Positions 22,639 through 34,768 of a stretch of DNA of 37,135 nucleotides are shown here, one piece after another. Numbering within the stretch: position 1 is the stretch's first letter; every line of letters begins with the position of its first letter. A program made the position numbers and the translations under genes. A model generated the notes under the pieces. The model searched no databases. It had not been told where the DNA came from and saw nothing but the letters and a program-made list of their open reading frames with translations. The stretch comes from Bigelowiella natans CCMP2755 (taxonomy: Eukaryota; Protista; Cercozoa): positions 1 through 37,135 of the forward strand of contig ADNK01001813.1 of assembly GCA_000320545.1 (NCBI GenBank), read 5' to 3'.

Positions 22639-25600
22639 ATGGAGGACATCGGATCTGCGTTTAGGTTAGAACGTCTCACCGAATGGCGTTTAGATATTAC
22701 GAAGGTACTTCGACCGATCCAATTAGTCTTCGTTGCGGCTAGTATTCTATAGCACTGCTATGTAGTACAATAATTAGAAATGAGCGAATTTCATCAGATG
22801 CGCTTAGAATTCATGATTACAAGACGTACTTGAATTCTAATTTATTCTAATCTTCATTAAACAGTATTTTACTCATTTAATAGGGCTTAATAGTATCTGC
22901 AGCTGCAGCAAACAATGTTCTTTTTGCTGGAACTGATCTAGGTTGGCTTCTTGCATTTGAAATTTTGCAGGAAAAGGTCTCAGTAACTTGTGCATGTCTC
23001 CCATATGGTTCTTGCTCATGTAGTTTTACATCAATGATTTTTTCGTTGTTCATTGTTCATTGTTCATTGTTCATTGTTCATTGTTCATTGTTCATTGTTC
23101 ATTGTTCAACTTAGTTTTGTCACATCGTTATACATCATCTTTTTTTCAACAAACCAGCAACTCTTCGCGATTCAATGTCCAAACAAAGAGGGCGTTCATA
23201 AAATTTTTGTAGATCCAAGTTCCGTTCATGCTCTAATCTGTACCATCAGTGGATCTTCATTCTATCTTCACGTATCTTCGCAAAAGTTCACAGTCTTAGC
23301 AGATGTATGTTGTTTAAAACTTAATGGATGCCTGATTCTTCTCATACAATGAGTATACTACAACATCAGCTTAAATTCATATGGATCGAATCTGTTGCAT
23401 GGAACAAAAAAACAGTCATAGATTGGTATTCAACAATTAATTCAAATGCCAAAAAATCTCGCTGCACTACGAGACCAATACTTATTGGTACAAGACAAGG
23501 AGAAATATTTGAAATTGTAATTGAAGATAGGAAAGTAAGGTAATTCAATCTAATATGAAAAGATGTTGCATCGAAACAGTCTGCTTGGGACAGGAAATGT
23601 GAATGTGTTTGGGAACTTTCTGGATTTGGTGAAAATACAGCAGAAGGAAAATCAAGATCAATTCAAGGTTAAAACCAACTACGATTATTTCAAATATCGA
23701 GTCTTTCTTACATAAAATTTATGCTAAAACAAAGGAATTGAAGTAGAGCCCCTGGCAACAGCAAAAAAATCGTACTTTATTGTCTGTTGTACTCCCTCCC
23801 GATTGTACCATTTCTATGGGGGGCCAAATATCAGCGATGTCTTTCAACAAGCGGAAGGATTCTTACAAAGACGGGGTTTCCATGAGCTCCCTTCATCAAT
23901 TCGCCATACGGAAATGCACCTTGCATACAAGGAGTATGTTTTGCTTTTCATTATTGGCTTTATTTTCTGATTACATATATCGTTGTAGATATCCTCAAGC
24001 ACAGCCTCATGCACTCTGCTGGCTTACTCAGCCTGGAGTTTTTTATGGTAGAATTCAGCTGCGCGATGAGTCCGGTCAGACTAGTATTCAGTCGGATGGA
24101 TTACTTGAATATCCGTCCAAAAACGTTGCTACTCAAGATGATTTCGTCATCATCGAGGATGTAGACAAGGATATTAAAACGCAAGTTCCAATTTCAATGG
24201 GATCCTCGAAGCTGCATTCCATATTGCTCTATCAGGATCGTCTCGTATGCATTCATAGTTTAAGTAAGCGTACAAGTTTTAGTTATAAGCTCAACGAGAA
24301 AGAGTTGAAATCAATAGGCCCCTTCTGTAAAATTGCTCATGACCGGTAAATATTGGATAATTGTACAATTTTAATGTACTTCTTAGGATAACGAAGTGCA
24401 TACATTAGATGTCAAGATACCTTCTGGGTTTTTAGCACCAAGGGGGCTTGTTTCGAAGTTTTGATTGAGGATGAAGAGACAGACTCATGGCTATTCCTTG
24501 CTAGAGCAAAAAGATTTGATGAGGCCCTTGAGAATGCAGGTAGGAGATATAGAATCTATTTCGAACAACTAAATTTCAGAGTATTTATAGGGGATTCGAT
24601 TAAAAGAAGAAAAGAAATTTTGGCCATGAAAGCGGAACAGCTTTTTGAAATCGGACAGTACGAGGATGCTGCACAACTATATGCTGAGGTTTCAAAAGGC
24701 TGAGGATGTGAAATTCTATAATATAAATTATATTTCATCATCAGGTACCAACGATTTTTGGATTCTCAGAGGTGGCCTCTAAGTTTTTGCAGATTGGTAA
24801 CAGAAAGGCAGCTACTAGGTTTACGATGTAACGAAGTATCTCTACATTTTAAATAATGGATGGAATTATTTGCAGATACGGGCTTGCTCGTTTGAAGACA
24901 ATGCCCCCAAAAAATTTGATACAATCTACAATAATTGCAACCTGGTTAGTACAGTTGTTTCTGGATGAACTTCAAGCTGAGCGCATGATAGGGTTTAGAG
25001 GCCGGTCTAGAGCAGTAATTGATAGCAATAAATTCCAAAAATCTTCAATATCACCATCTTCTCAAGGCACAAGAAATTTCAGTGGTAGAAAAACCAATCG
25101 CGAGAGCAGTTTGAAAAAAAAATTACTAGGGTTTTTGGAGGATTATGAAGACTGTATAGATGCAAACACGGTCTTTAGACTTATTTCCGAACGTGGAATG
25201 GATGACATTTTAGAGAGGTAAGCCTGACAAGTGGCCAACTTTTGCAAGCGTTGACATATTAATAATTCCAGTTACGCCATACTGAAGGAAGAAAGAGAAT
25301 GGCTCATTGACCACTTCTGTTCAAAGATGCTGTACATTTAATTTACTTAAACGAACTAAAATTCTGAGCATTATTTATATTCCAGTTACAAGAGAGCTTT
25401 GCTGATTCTAGCAAAATACGTATCCTCGTTTGAGAATGGGCCGAAGGTACAGGAAGCATTGCAAATATTTCTTAGTATTGATGATATCGAATCTATTTAT
25501 ATCGAACATTTTCAAACTAGACAAGGAGCACCTTCAATGCCCAACTTTTTTACAAATACGCCGATATCTTCTTACTGCATCTTCCAGATAAAATGGTGAA

Positions 25601-27433
25601 TTTTTGGGAAAACCTGGACTTCAAACTTTCGACTCAAATACCTTTATACCTTAGGTTGATATATTATTAAAACTGAAGCCAGACAGACTAAACCCAAAAG
25701 CCTTGATACCTCCCTTCATGGTTTACGTTGAAAGGCTCACCAAATTGCGTGATATGCCATTGTAGCGATTTCTTTTGGAAATTTTGTCACTAAATAATAC
25801 TCTTTTGCTGCTTCATATAGTGAGTATAAGCAAAGTCTAAGAAGAGGCACAGTATCAATACCATTTCAAGAGTCTAAATCATCTAGACGGCGGATGTCTA
25901 ACATGCCAGTGAGTCAGGCAAAGAATATTCTTTTAGAAAATCAGGCTATCCGATATTATAAAGTAAGATTTATTTCGATAACAGTAATAAAACTTTTAAT
26001 GGTTTAATTGCTGTCTTTACCTATGGTCTGGATGGATGTTAACCAGGCGCTTATTCAGAGGAATGTAGTTATGGATAAATCTGTGCATAACCTCTACGTG
26101 TATCTTTGTATTGTTGAACCTGGAAATTCTTATCTTAATGAATATCTTGCGCTATCGTCTGGAAAGCCAAAGTTCGAATATCTTAGCGCAATTTCACACT
26201 GTCGAGCAAGGGGAAAGGTAAAGATATCTTTAACCATAACCGGTTCTAATGATATTGATCTTGGTTTGTGTAGAAAGAAGCCCTGATTCAGATACATATG
26301 GCATTTGGCGAAGTTGTGCTGGCTGCTGAGGCAGCTATAAAGGCGGACATTGAGCAGGCAAACAAACTTTTGCAACGACTGAAGCCTCCAGCATTTTCCA
26401 TCGACTCTGAAACTCTAAAAAGACTTCATACTCAATTTTTCAAAGCTACATTAGAGCGATATCCCGGAAGAGCTGGGATTACTCGAGTAATACTGTCGAG
26501 AATTTAATTATTCTATGCATTCGAATCTCGCTTCGAAACTAAAATACATACTTAAATGATTTTCAGATATTATCCTTTGTTGAGAGACATCCCATACTTT
26601 CGATGCAAGATGTTGTAAGTGAATCATGATCTTGGATTATCTCTTTGTTCTGAGTTTTATTTCACAGTTGTCGATGATTTCCGACCGAGTTGAGTCTCTT
26701 TCGATGTCACAACTAAACAAAATAGAACTATCCACCAAAAAAGTAAAAGATGAAATGAAATCATTAGTCAAGTTGATAGAATCCCCAATGGACGAACGAT
26801 CGGTATACATTAGCTTTTGTGAAATCAAAGCTTCAAATTAATGTTAACGTGTTTCCCAGAAGTTGGTTCTCTCCCCCGAAGAGATTCAGATCTGCGCCTT
26901 GTCCGGTTCCAAAATACAATCTCCGCTTGACCGACTTGTCTTTCCCTGTGGTCATGTTTTATCTCTCGCTGAGGTTGTAACCCATCTGATGGACCATGTC
27001 TTTAAGCATCCAGAAGTTTTGGTAAGACAAATATAAAATCCAATTGTTTGTGCTGAAGAAAATTTATTAGTATCAAGGAGCATACGAGCAAGAGCTGCTT
27101 CGGAATGAGCGACTGAAAGCAAATATTGACAGACATCTGGTTGCTATTTAGTTACCCCTGTATACTGTTCAACATCTAAACCTGTGGTTTTGTAGCAAGC
27201 ATTCAGTATGGGAAAGCCCACAAAAAGGGACTTGAATATGATAAGTTGGGCCCAGTGGGAAATACTGGCAAAATCCGAATGTGTGCTGTGTGGAGCAGTG
27301 ATGGTTTCTTCAGCTCAAGTAAATTAAAATAAAACTTTCATCGGAACAGCTTGGATTTGCCATCTCAATTTGATTTATTTAGGACCCATTGTTCTCTGAG
27401 GAGGAGCTTGCCACTGGGGAATTCAAACTATAA
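22639..27433 (+). CDS. VPS18: Vacuolar protein sorting 18 (Pep3/deep orange), HOPS/CORVET core subunit, ~20+ exons
   Basis: Motifs: AAAANNVL, VHKIFVDPSSVHALI, IESVAWN, PILIGTRQGEIFE, TPSRLYHFYG, CWLTQPGVFYG, SKLHSILLYQDRL, IEDEETDSW, GQYEDAAQLYA, IATWLVQLFLDEL, LNPKALIP, SVHNLYVYL; C-terminal RING region FPCGH...ECVLCG. Confidence 0.92.
23046..23108. repeat. (TTGTTCA)9 perfect heptanucleotide tandem repeat in VPS18 intron 2
   Basis: Nine exact copies counted. Confidence 0.95.
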
Positions 27434-27499
27434 TCATCATAAATCAATAATGTTCGCGAAAACTTGAAAACGGTGAAATTAGATAGATATAGACGGGAT

Positions 27500-28340
27500 T
27501 ACTTAATGCTTATGCCATGCTAGCATGAGTAAGAATCAAGCACCTCTAGATTTAAACTTTCCCTTAATACATGAACATTACTAGATTAGATCATTCACAA
27601 TGTCGCAGTCACTACATCGAATGTTGAACCAATATTTGGACTTCGCATTGTTGTTGCTGCAGTCGTTACATCATGCTAGCATGCTAGCAGGATGAATCTC
27701 ATCAGTAAATCATTATTTTGTGTGCTGCTTCCTAGCTGCGGCTTCGATCCGCAAATTGGACAAAACCCATTGCGGCTGCGGTTGACTAGAATTGTGAGAT
27801 TTGCTGTGACTCTCTAGCTTTGCATGCTAACATGCCAGCATGCTAGCATGTCTAGATGTCTAGATGTCGACTCCAGTAGCTGTCGGCTCCCATTCTAGCA
27901 TTCGCCAAACCTGACTAGCTAGAGGTGTGTTCAAATCTGAAAAGCGTGCCATTCATCGAACGCAATATAATTCGTTTGCGTCAAGCTGAGAGGAAGTGCG
28001 CGCCAAGCTGCAAGGCGGTCCAGCGGTGTGGATCTTTCAATTTCCTTCAGAAATGCCCCTTAAGCGCGCACATGTCATCGTCCTCCCACACAACTAGCTA
28101 GACTGCTAGACTGGCTAGCTCTAGAGCTGGCTAGCTGGACAGCTAGACAGGCCCAGAGCCAGCTAGCCAGCTCACAACGTTGATCAAAGCTTCAACATGC
28201 AGGTGCACATCATTGCAGGCTAGCAGGCTAGCAGGCTGTAGTCCTGGATAGTTGTGAGTGTTGCTTTTTACCTTTTGCCTAACCACACGTGAGATTGCAC
28301 TGGTAAGATGCACAGAGGTCAAGACTAACTAGTTGATGGA
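27500..28340. repeat. CTAG/CATG-rich palindromic intergenic tract
   Basis: CATGCTAGCATG at 27516-27527, 27672-27683 and 27839-27850; dense GCTAG cluster at 28093-28240. Confidence 0.75.
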
Positions 28341-28578
28341 GATGGCATCTGATGGCAAATGCACATTCACCGCTCCCGGGCATGAAACCTGTCCCAGCAC
28401 GTGTTTCGGTAAGTGGGAAAGAGAAGAAAGAAAGAGCTTTTTAGAACTGCGACATCCAAAAAATGAAAATCATATTAGTTCATAAAAATCCCATGGTTTT
28501 CTCCAATGCGACATCAGTTATTGGGCTGGAATCTTATCTCTTGCAAAAGAGCATTTCCCGAGATTTCCCTCAACTCGA

Positions 28579-29341
28579 ATGGCCCCCGAAGGGGGGCTGG
28601 GGCGTCGCCGATTGGGTGCGCATAGCCTCACGCTTCTTCTTTGTATCATCCAAGGTCTCACGGGTCAACAATCAATCGAAAGGTAGGCTTCTTCATAAGA
28701 AGAAATCGTATTAGGAACCTCTCTCGAGTGCGACTCATAATCCTTATCTTCCTGGGATCCACCCTTATGTTTAGACCAACACACCAAAGAGGCGCTGGGC
28801 ACTATAAAGGACGTGGGCGGGGCTTCCATCACAGGTCTTATGGAATGATCTTGCTCCGATTCTGAGCCTTATGTTGTTCTTGTGTTTAGACCAACACGTC
28901 CATATAGAAGGGGCGCCGGACATCACAGAGGACGTAGACAAGCCTTTCATTACAGGTCTTATGAGATGAGGTTGTTAGAAGCAGCACGTAGAGCATCGAA
29001 GGAAGCTGCTTTCACCGGGGCCCTCACAGCACGCTTTGAATTCGAGGTGGTGTCCAACACGGATAAAACATAAGTGTGTAAACACAGCTTGCGCCCTCAT
29101 TCTTTCTCCCCCCTTGCTTTCGAACACGAGAAGGAGGACGAAGATCGGATGATTCGAAGAGCTGCGAGAAGGATTCTGATAGGAGTTAGAAGGCCATTAA
29201 AGTACTCAGCTCTGAAAAGAAAGATTGAGTTCGTCGACAACGACTATCTTCTCGCGGAAATAGACGAGGACTTCCCCAGCAAAAGTAGAATAAACAATTT
29301 AGTATCTCGTTATGATTAAAATAATAGTTTTCTGACATTGT

Positions 29342-29409
<68 letters not shown>

Positions 29410-30737
29410 GGTTTTGACGGCAGTTATTGATAAAATCGCACATCTCTGAACCAAAACGGCGATAATTTACAACCTAGCACAGCAATTACATAGCATTCTT
29501 GCTTCTTCGCATCAGGAAATTATCAAGATGAAGAAGACGCTTACGGGGGTTTTAAGGACCTTGAGCCTGGCGCACCTATTGCTGACGAGGCATACATGAA
29601 CCTGCGGCCATTGCTTGAGCGTTGGGCGAGATTCCTCTGCAAGATTTCCGTGAGGCAGCTTCGTATTCTAGACCCTGCTCCTCCCGTTGAGATCCCCGCC
29701 CACTTGTTGGAGCACCACGTTCGAGGCAGGCACGAACTAGACGGCTTCAAGGCTCGGAGAGTGATATCGTGTGGAACAACCAACTCTCCTCTTCCCCTGT
29801 CAGGAGCACCGTCTTCGGCAGCATCGAAGTCATCTAACGAGACGGGAAGAAACCAGGGGGGGGATTCTGGACGAAGCTACATTCAACATCGCCCGCTACT
29901 GAGATCCAGTTGCGACATAATAGTAACTAGCATGCCGCCGGGGGGCGAATCAGCGCGCTCAGTAGTGTCAGCGTGTATGAACTCTGGGAATGCATGGGCC
30001 ATACACGTGCCGCTGCATATGCTACAATCTCCCTGGCTGGCGAGAGTTCTAAGGACTGCAGGTTCTTCCGCAGCTCCAAGAGCACTGTCGCAGCGGAATC
30101 GCGGTGGTGCTGCTGCTGCTGCCGATTCAGGGACGACACGGCCTCTTCTCTACACAATTACCTCGTCCAGTCACACTGCTATGGCCATCAAAAGCAGTCG
30201 GAGCTATGGCGGCACGGATCTCTGGGAGAGAATCGAGCCCCGTGTGTGGATGTGTTGGTTTCCACACAGGGCTACCAAGCGCTTCTCTCGCGAAATGCTA
30301 CTCAAAATACAGCTTGAGCAGCATCGAGGGCAAGGACAGGAGCATGCAGATGATGCTGGCGATGGTACTCTTCCGAAGCAGCAGGGCGAGCTTGGAATGC
30401 AGCAAAGACGAGCAAGCGGCGGGGAAATCGTGATCGCTCGATCGTACTCAGACCTGCCGAAGGTTATTCAGCACGTGGGAAGGGCGATTGGATTGGCAAA
30501 GGCGAATGAAGCTAGGGAGGCGATGAAGGCTCTCGATGCGGCCTTTCTTGCTTGGAACAGCAGCAGCAGTAGTAGCAGTATCACCAATAACGCCTTTGTT
30601 GCCTCGAGTCTCTCCGCGGCCCATGTCAGTTCGGACACCTCGTTGATTCATGCAATTAATGTGCCTCTTCGTCAGATAATAATGACTTTCTATCTGTGCT
30701 GCAAATATATACTCAATTGCTCTCTCTCTCTTTCTTG

Positions 30738-30771
<34 letters not shown>

Positions 30772-31442
30772 TATTTTATCTCCTACGTATATTTTGACAA
30801 CATTCGATCGAGCGGGGAGGGAGAGACAGCTTGTTAATCTGATAGATATCTGATTTCCCCTTCAACTTTCCTCTTCCCCACCCCCCGCCCCCCTCCCCAT
30901 TTTCAGACCGCGGTAGCGGCAAGTTTTGTTCGCAGTGGGAAGATCAAGGACGCAGCTCGGCTGGCTTCTGTCGCTCTCTCACGCAATCTTCCCCCAATAC
31001 CAGAGCTTTTCCTGACTATCACCTGGGCCTTTGCGAGTCGAGGTGACGTCGCTAGCACAAAGAAGGGGATTCAAGACCTCAGAGATCATCAACTAGGAAC
31101 CGCTGATGGCCGAGGAGGCGGGGACCACGTGCATGCGGCTGCTGCCATTCTAACCGCCCATTCCATTGCGCGCGAAAGAAGAAGGAGAAACAGCACTTCG
31201 CCCCCCGTTGAGGACGACGGCGATGCCATACCCCTTCGACTCCCTGACGGCGCCCTTCAAATCCCAGAAATGAAGGCTATGTTCGGTGAGGAGCTGGACA
31301 GCACAACCTCTGCCCCCGAGTGGCAGCAAAGGGTCTTCACGCTGTGCCTCGATAATTGCGCGGCGGCCAGGGCTCTCGCAGCTGCAGAGCAATGGTGCGA
31401 AGCCCAACTCGCTGTTGCGGATTGATGGCGATGGCGTGTGTT

Positions 31443-31481
<39 letters not shown>

Positions 31482-32627
31482 TGTTCGTCTGACATGAGCA
31501 CTACGAGCAGACAAAGAGAATGGTAGAACCGATCGATTCGCAATTGGCAGCTATCCAACACCTGCTTCGACTTGTATTATACGGCATCACTTCGTAACCA
31601 CTCACGTGTCGATCTTCACCTCTCTAAACGCCCCCCTCCCCTCCCCCCCCCTCTACCTCCCGACTCCCCATATTGCCATTGCAAGGTTTGAGCGCATACG
31701 AACGAGCACCAACCCCCCTCTCCGGGTCGAACGAAGCTCCTACGCCGCTCTTGTCAATTCCTGGGCAAAGAGCTTGCGTCTGATGCAGCAGCGGAGTCAA
31801 CCGCAGCAGCCAAACGATCGTCATTCGAGTGCAGGGGCCTCGTCCCCCTCGTTGCACAGCTACGGCAGGATACACAGGCAGAGAGTCTTAGGCGCCGCGA
31901 GGCGCGTCGAGTTCTGGTTGAAGCGAATGATCGAGGATGGGCTGAGGCCGGAACCGTCCCTCTTTCATACGGTAATAATAGCTGCTTTGTGTGCAAAGGA
32001 TGGAGATGGTGACGCCGTCGGCGGCACTGATGCTCCGCAATTTACCAGTTTTTCGGGGGGGGGGGGGTGCTGTTCGAATTCTTGCAATCAGAGCCAGTGA
32101 GCTCAGCTACGACACAATCATCTCCCTCTCCTTCCCTTCTCCCCCCCCATCCCTTTTCTCTCTCCGTTCCTCCAGACAATCTCAGCGCTCGGGATGGCGG
32201 GGAGCGTTGCTTCAGCACAGAGGTGGTTCGACGAGCTCCAGGAGCGCTCGGAGCACCTGCGAGCGACTCCGGTGAGCTACGGGGTTATTATCGGTGCGTA
32301 TGCCGCTAACGGCAACACAGAACGGGCTGCCTCGCTGCTCGCTGAGATGCGGGCGAGATCTATCGTCCCTGATGCAAGCTGCTTTCTGCCGTTGATCCTT
32401 CACGCGCACAGCCCGCATGAGGCGGGCGCGTGGATGCGCGCTTTGACGTCGCTCGCCGAGAAGGAGAGGCGGAGGGCGAGGAATCAGAGCTCGGCGCACC
32501 CGCTCGGTTATAATCACGCAAACCCAGCGCTTTCAATACCCCGAGAGGCTTATGAGGCTGTCGTTCGAATCCAGGCTCGGCATCACCAATGGGTGGAGGT
32601 AAGTATGAGCAGCGTGTGTTCTAAGGC

Positions 32628-32668
<41 letters not shown>

Positions 32669-33604
32669 TGACGCGACCGTCGTGATCTGCCGTGGGGGTT
32701 TGTGTGTGCGAGTTCTCATAAAGGAGCACGTATGGCTTGTTTATATCCGCAGTTTACAGGCTTTATCTTTTAGCAGCTTCTTGTTGTATTCCGCGAAACC
32801 TTGCATAGTTTTTCTTTAGCTCCTTTTCCGCCTTCACCCCCCCCCCCCCCTTCCCCTTATATCAATTAGGCGGAGTCAACGTTGCACAAAATGACGGCAC
32901 GCGCGGGGATAAAACCCAATGTTCCGCTCTTGCTTCCGATATCCGAAGCCCACTACAAAGAGGTGCTTCGCCATAGCGATGTGCTGAAGAGACACGTCAC
33001 CATTCGTTATGCAAAACAGAGCAAACGCCTGCCTTCATGTTACCCTGCCGCGCAGATGATCTAACGCTCTCTCCTTTCTCCACGCGTTCTGTTGTTGGCT
33101 ATGCTAATACAGGGCAGGTATCGACGGCTGGAGGACCTTTTCATCCGCGCGCTTCGAATCGTCAATAGCGATAACAATCGAGGCGGCGCTCGCTCTCGCT
33201 CAAGACAGCACACTGCCAACGTCAAAGCCACGGGCAAGGTGTTCTCCCTGCTGCTGCAAACGTATGCGAAGCTGCAGCTCGCGCCGCGGGCCGAGGCGAC
33301 ATTCCGCTCTATTTTTAAGAGCTCTAACCTATCTCAGCCAGACCAGCAGCGCACTCGCCATAGTAATGATTCTTCGAGATCCCTCTCCTCCCTTTCAGAA
33401 GAGCTACTAGGTGACGCTCACGTATGGCTACCCCACCTGAAGAAGCTGGTCGGAAATCATCGGTACAACGTCCTTCTGGAGGAAACAAGTACAAGTTTCT
33501 TGTTGGATGGCCGGCGGAGAGAGAGGCACAACGTCCCAGTGAGGCGTACGCGATCGGGTAATGTGATAGACTCTCGCAACAAACAAACAAGAGATGAGCA
33601 ATAG
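28579..33604 (+). CDS. Pentatricopeptide-repeat (PPR) protein with signal peptide/transit-like leader and a degenerate methyltransferase-like domain
   Basis: Start MAPEGGLGRRRLGAHSLTLLLCIIQGLTG, then R/G/H-rich exons. PPR motifs: SSYAALVNSWAK, WLKRMIEDGLRPEPSLFHTTISALGMAGSVASAQRWFDELQ, VSYGVIIGAYAANGNTERAASLLAEMRARSIVPD, KVFSLLLQTYAKLQLAPRAEATF. About 10 GT-AG joined exons; stop at 33602-33604. Confidence 0.85.
28762..28975 (+). repeat. Diverged tandem duplication of an acceptor site plus exon start (2 copies)
   Basis: TGTTTAG|ACCAACAC...GGCGCxGGxCAxxAxAxAGGACGT...TTxCATxACAGGTCTTATG occurs at ~28768-28842 and again at ~28883-28963. Confidence 0.85.
29339..29405. repeat. (GT)n(GA)n compound microsatellite in PPR gene intron
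   Basis: Directly visible. Further (CA)n, (GT)n and (AT)n tracts at ~30740, 31445 and 32631. Confidence 0.95.
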
Positions 33605-33699
33605 ATTCAAACTCAGAAATATGAGAACTGGCGCATGTAGATGGATGCCGCTATGCATGTAGAGCCCAGCAAGCAATGCCGCCGAACTGCGTGTCAAAA

Positions 33700-34570
33700 A
33701 CATGCAAATGACACATCCCAACGGATCATTGACTTGGCTCATGAGCTAGCAGCATTAATCGCATTCAGTGGTACAAGCCATGCATCATGTGAGCATGCCT
33801 TTATTGGCTGGCAGCACCGCTGCAAAATCTAGCAATGCGCGCTAGTGCGGCTACACCTTGCAAGTGAAACTGCAGTAACGCCAATAAAATAAGTTTCACT
33901 CAATCATGCACACACAACTAGATATATGTAGAATATCATCGCGTGTGCGCACGTCTAGGTGCATTCAATTTTATGATATTCAATGATTGCATGCTGCAAT
34001 AATCGGCGGCAGCTTCGATACTTCCGATCAATTTGTGCGTTGCCGTTGCACTTACTAGCTTATAAGCATGTCATTATCTACACAGCATAGCGCTAGGTAA
34101 GCGGCGCATGCGCGCATGTCTGGATGTGATAGCAACGCTAGAACGTACCTAGCTAGCTAGTAGTGTAGTTTGGCACGGCGGAAGCAAGAAAGTACTTCAT
34201 CAGCGCCGTGACTTCTAGCCTGCTAGCCTGATTTGCAATGTGACTAGTTGTTGTGCAACAATGATTTGCTATTTTGTATTGCATGTTCGCTCACTAGCTC
34301 ATTCGCACCCGCTAGCCCGGCCGAACTTACTGAATGCTAAAATGGTCGAACGCGACATGATAGCGTGTGCGTCAAGCATTCTAGCATTCTAGCATAGCTA
34401 TTACATGATTGGCGTGCTGGAAAATGCACAATGCACGCTTCGCGCGAGCACTAAAAATTATGAAAGCGCCTTGTATGCGCAGATCATGCTTGCTAGCGCC
34501 CACTGAATCACCAATATAAATGATCGAAATTAGCGTGCGGGAAGCATCATATGCTACACATATGATATGT
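33700..34570. repeat. CTAG/CATG/TGCA-rich palindromic intergenic tract
   Basis: CCTAGCTAGCTAG at ~34148-34160, GCGCATGCGCGCATG at ~34104-34118, AGCATTCTAGCATTCTAGCAT at ~34375-34395. Lies between the converging PPR and AAR2 3' ends. Confidence 0.65.
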
Positions 34571-34768
34571 GATCGACGATATTGAGATCTTAATTTCTCG
34601 TGAGCTGGCACCGGCAACATTATGATGTAATTGGTGCTTGCAGCATGCCAATACCTCTCCCCCCTCGAGAAGTACCCGCAATAATACTTAGCCTTAACAG
34701 TTTTTGTCTTCTGGAGAGATATACGTGGATTTGCTCACTACGATGTAAACTAGGGAACCTCGATTCTT

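Noticed and set aside
23046-23108. (TTGTTCA)9 as a telomeric or CRISPR-like repeat
   Set aside because: No spacers, no G-rich telomere motif, and it is intronic; a simple slippage repeat.
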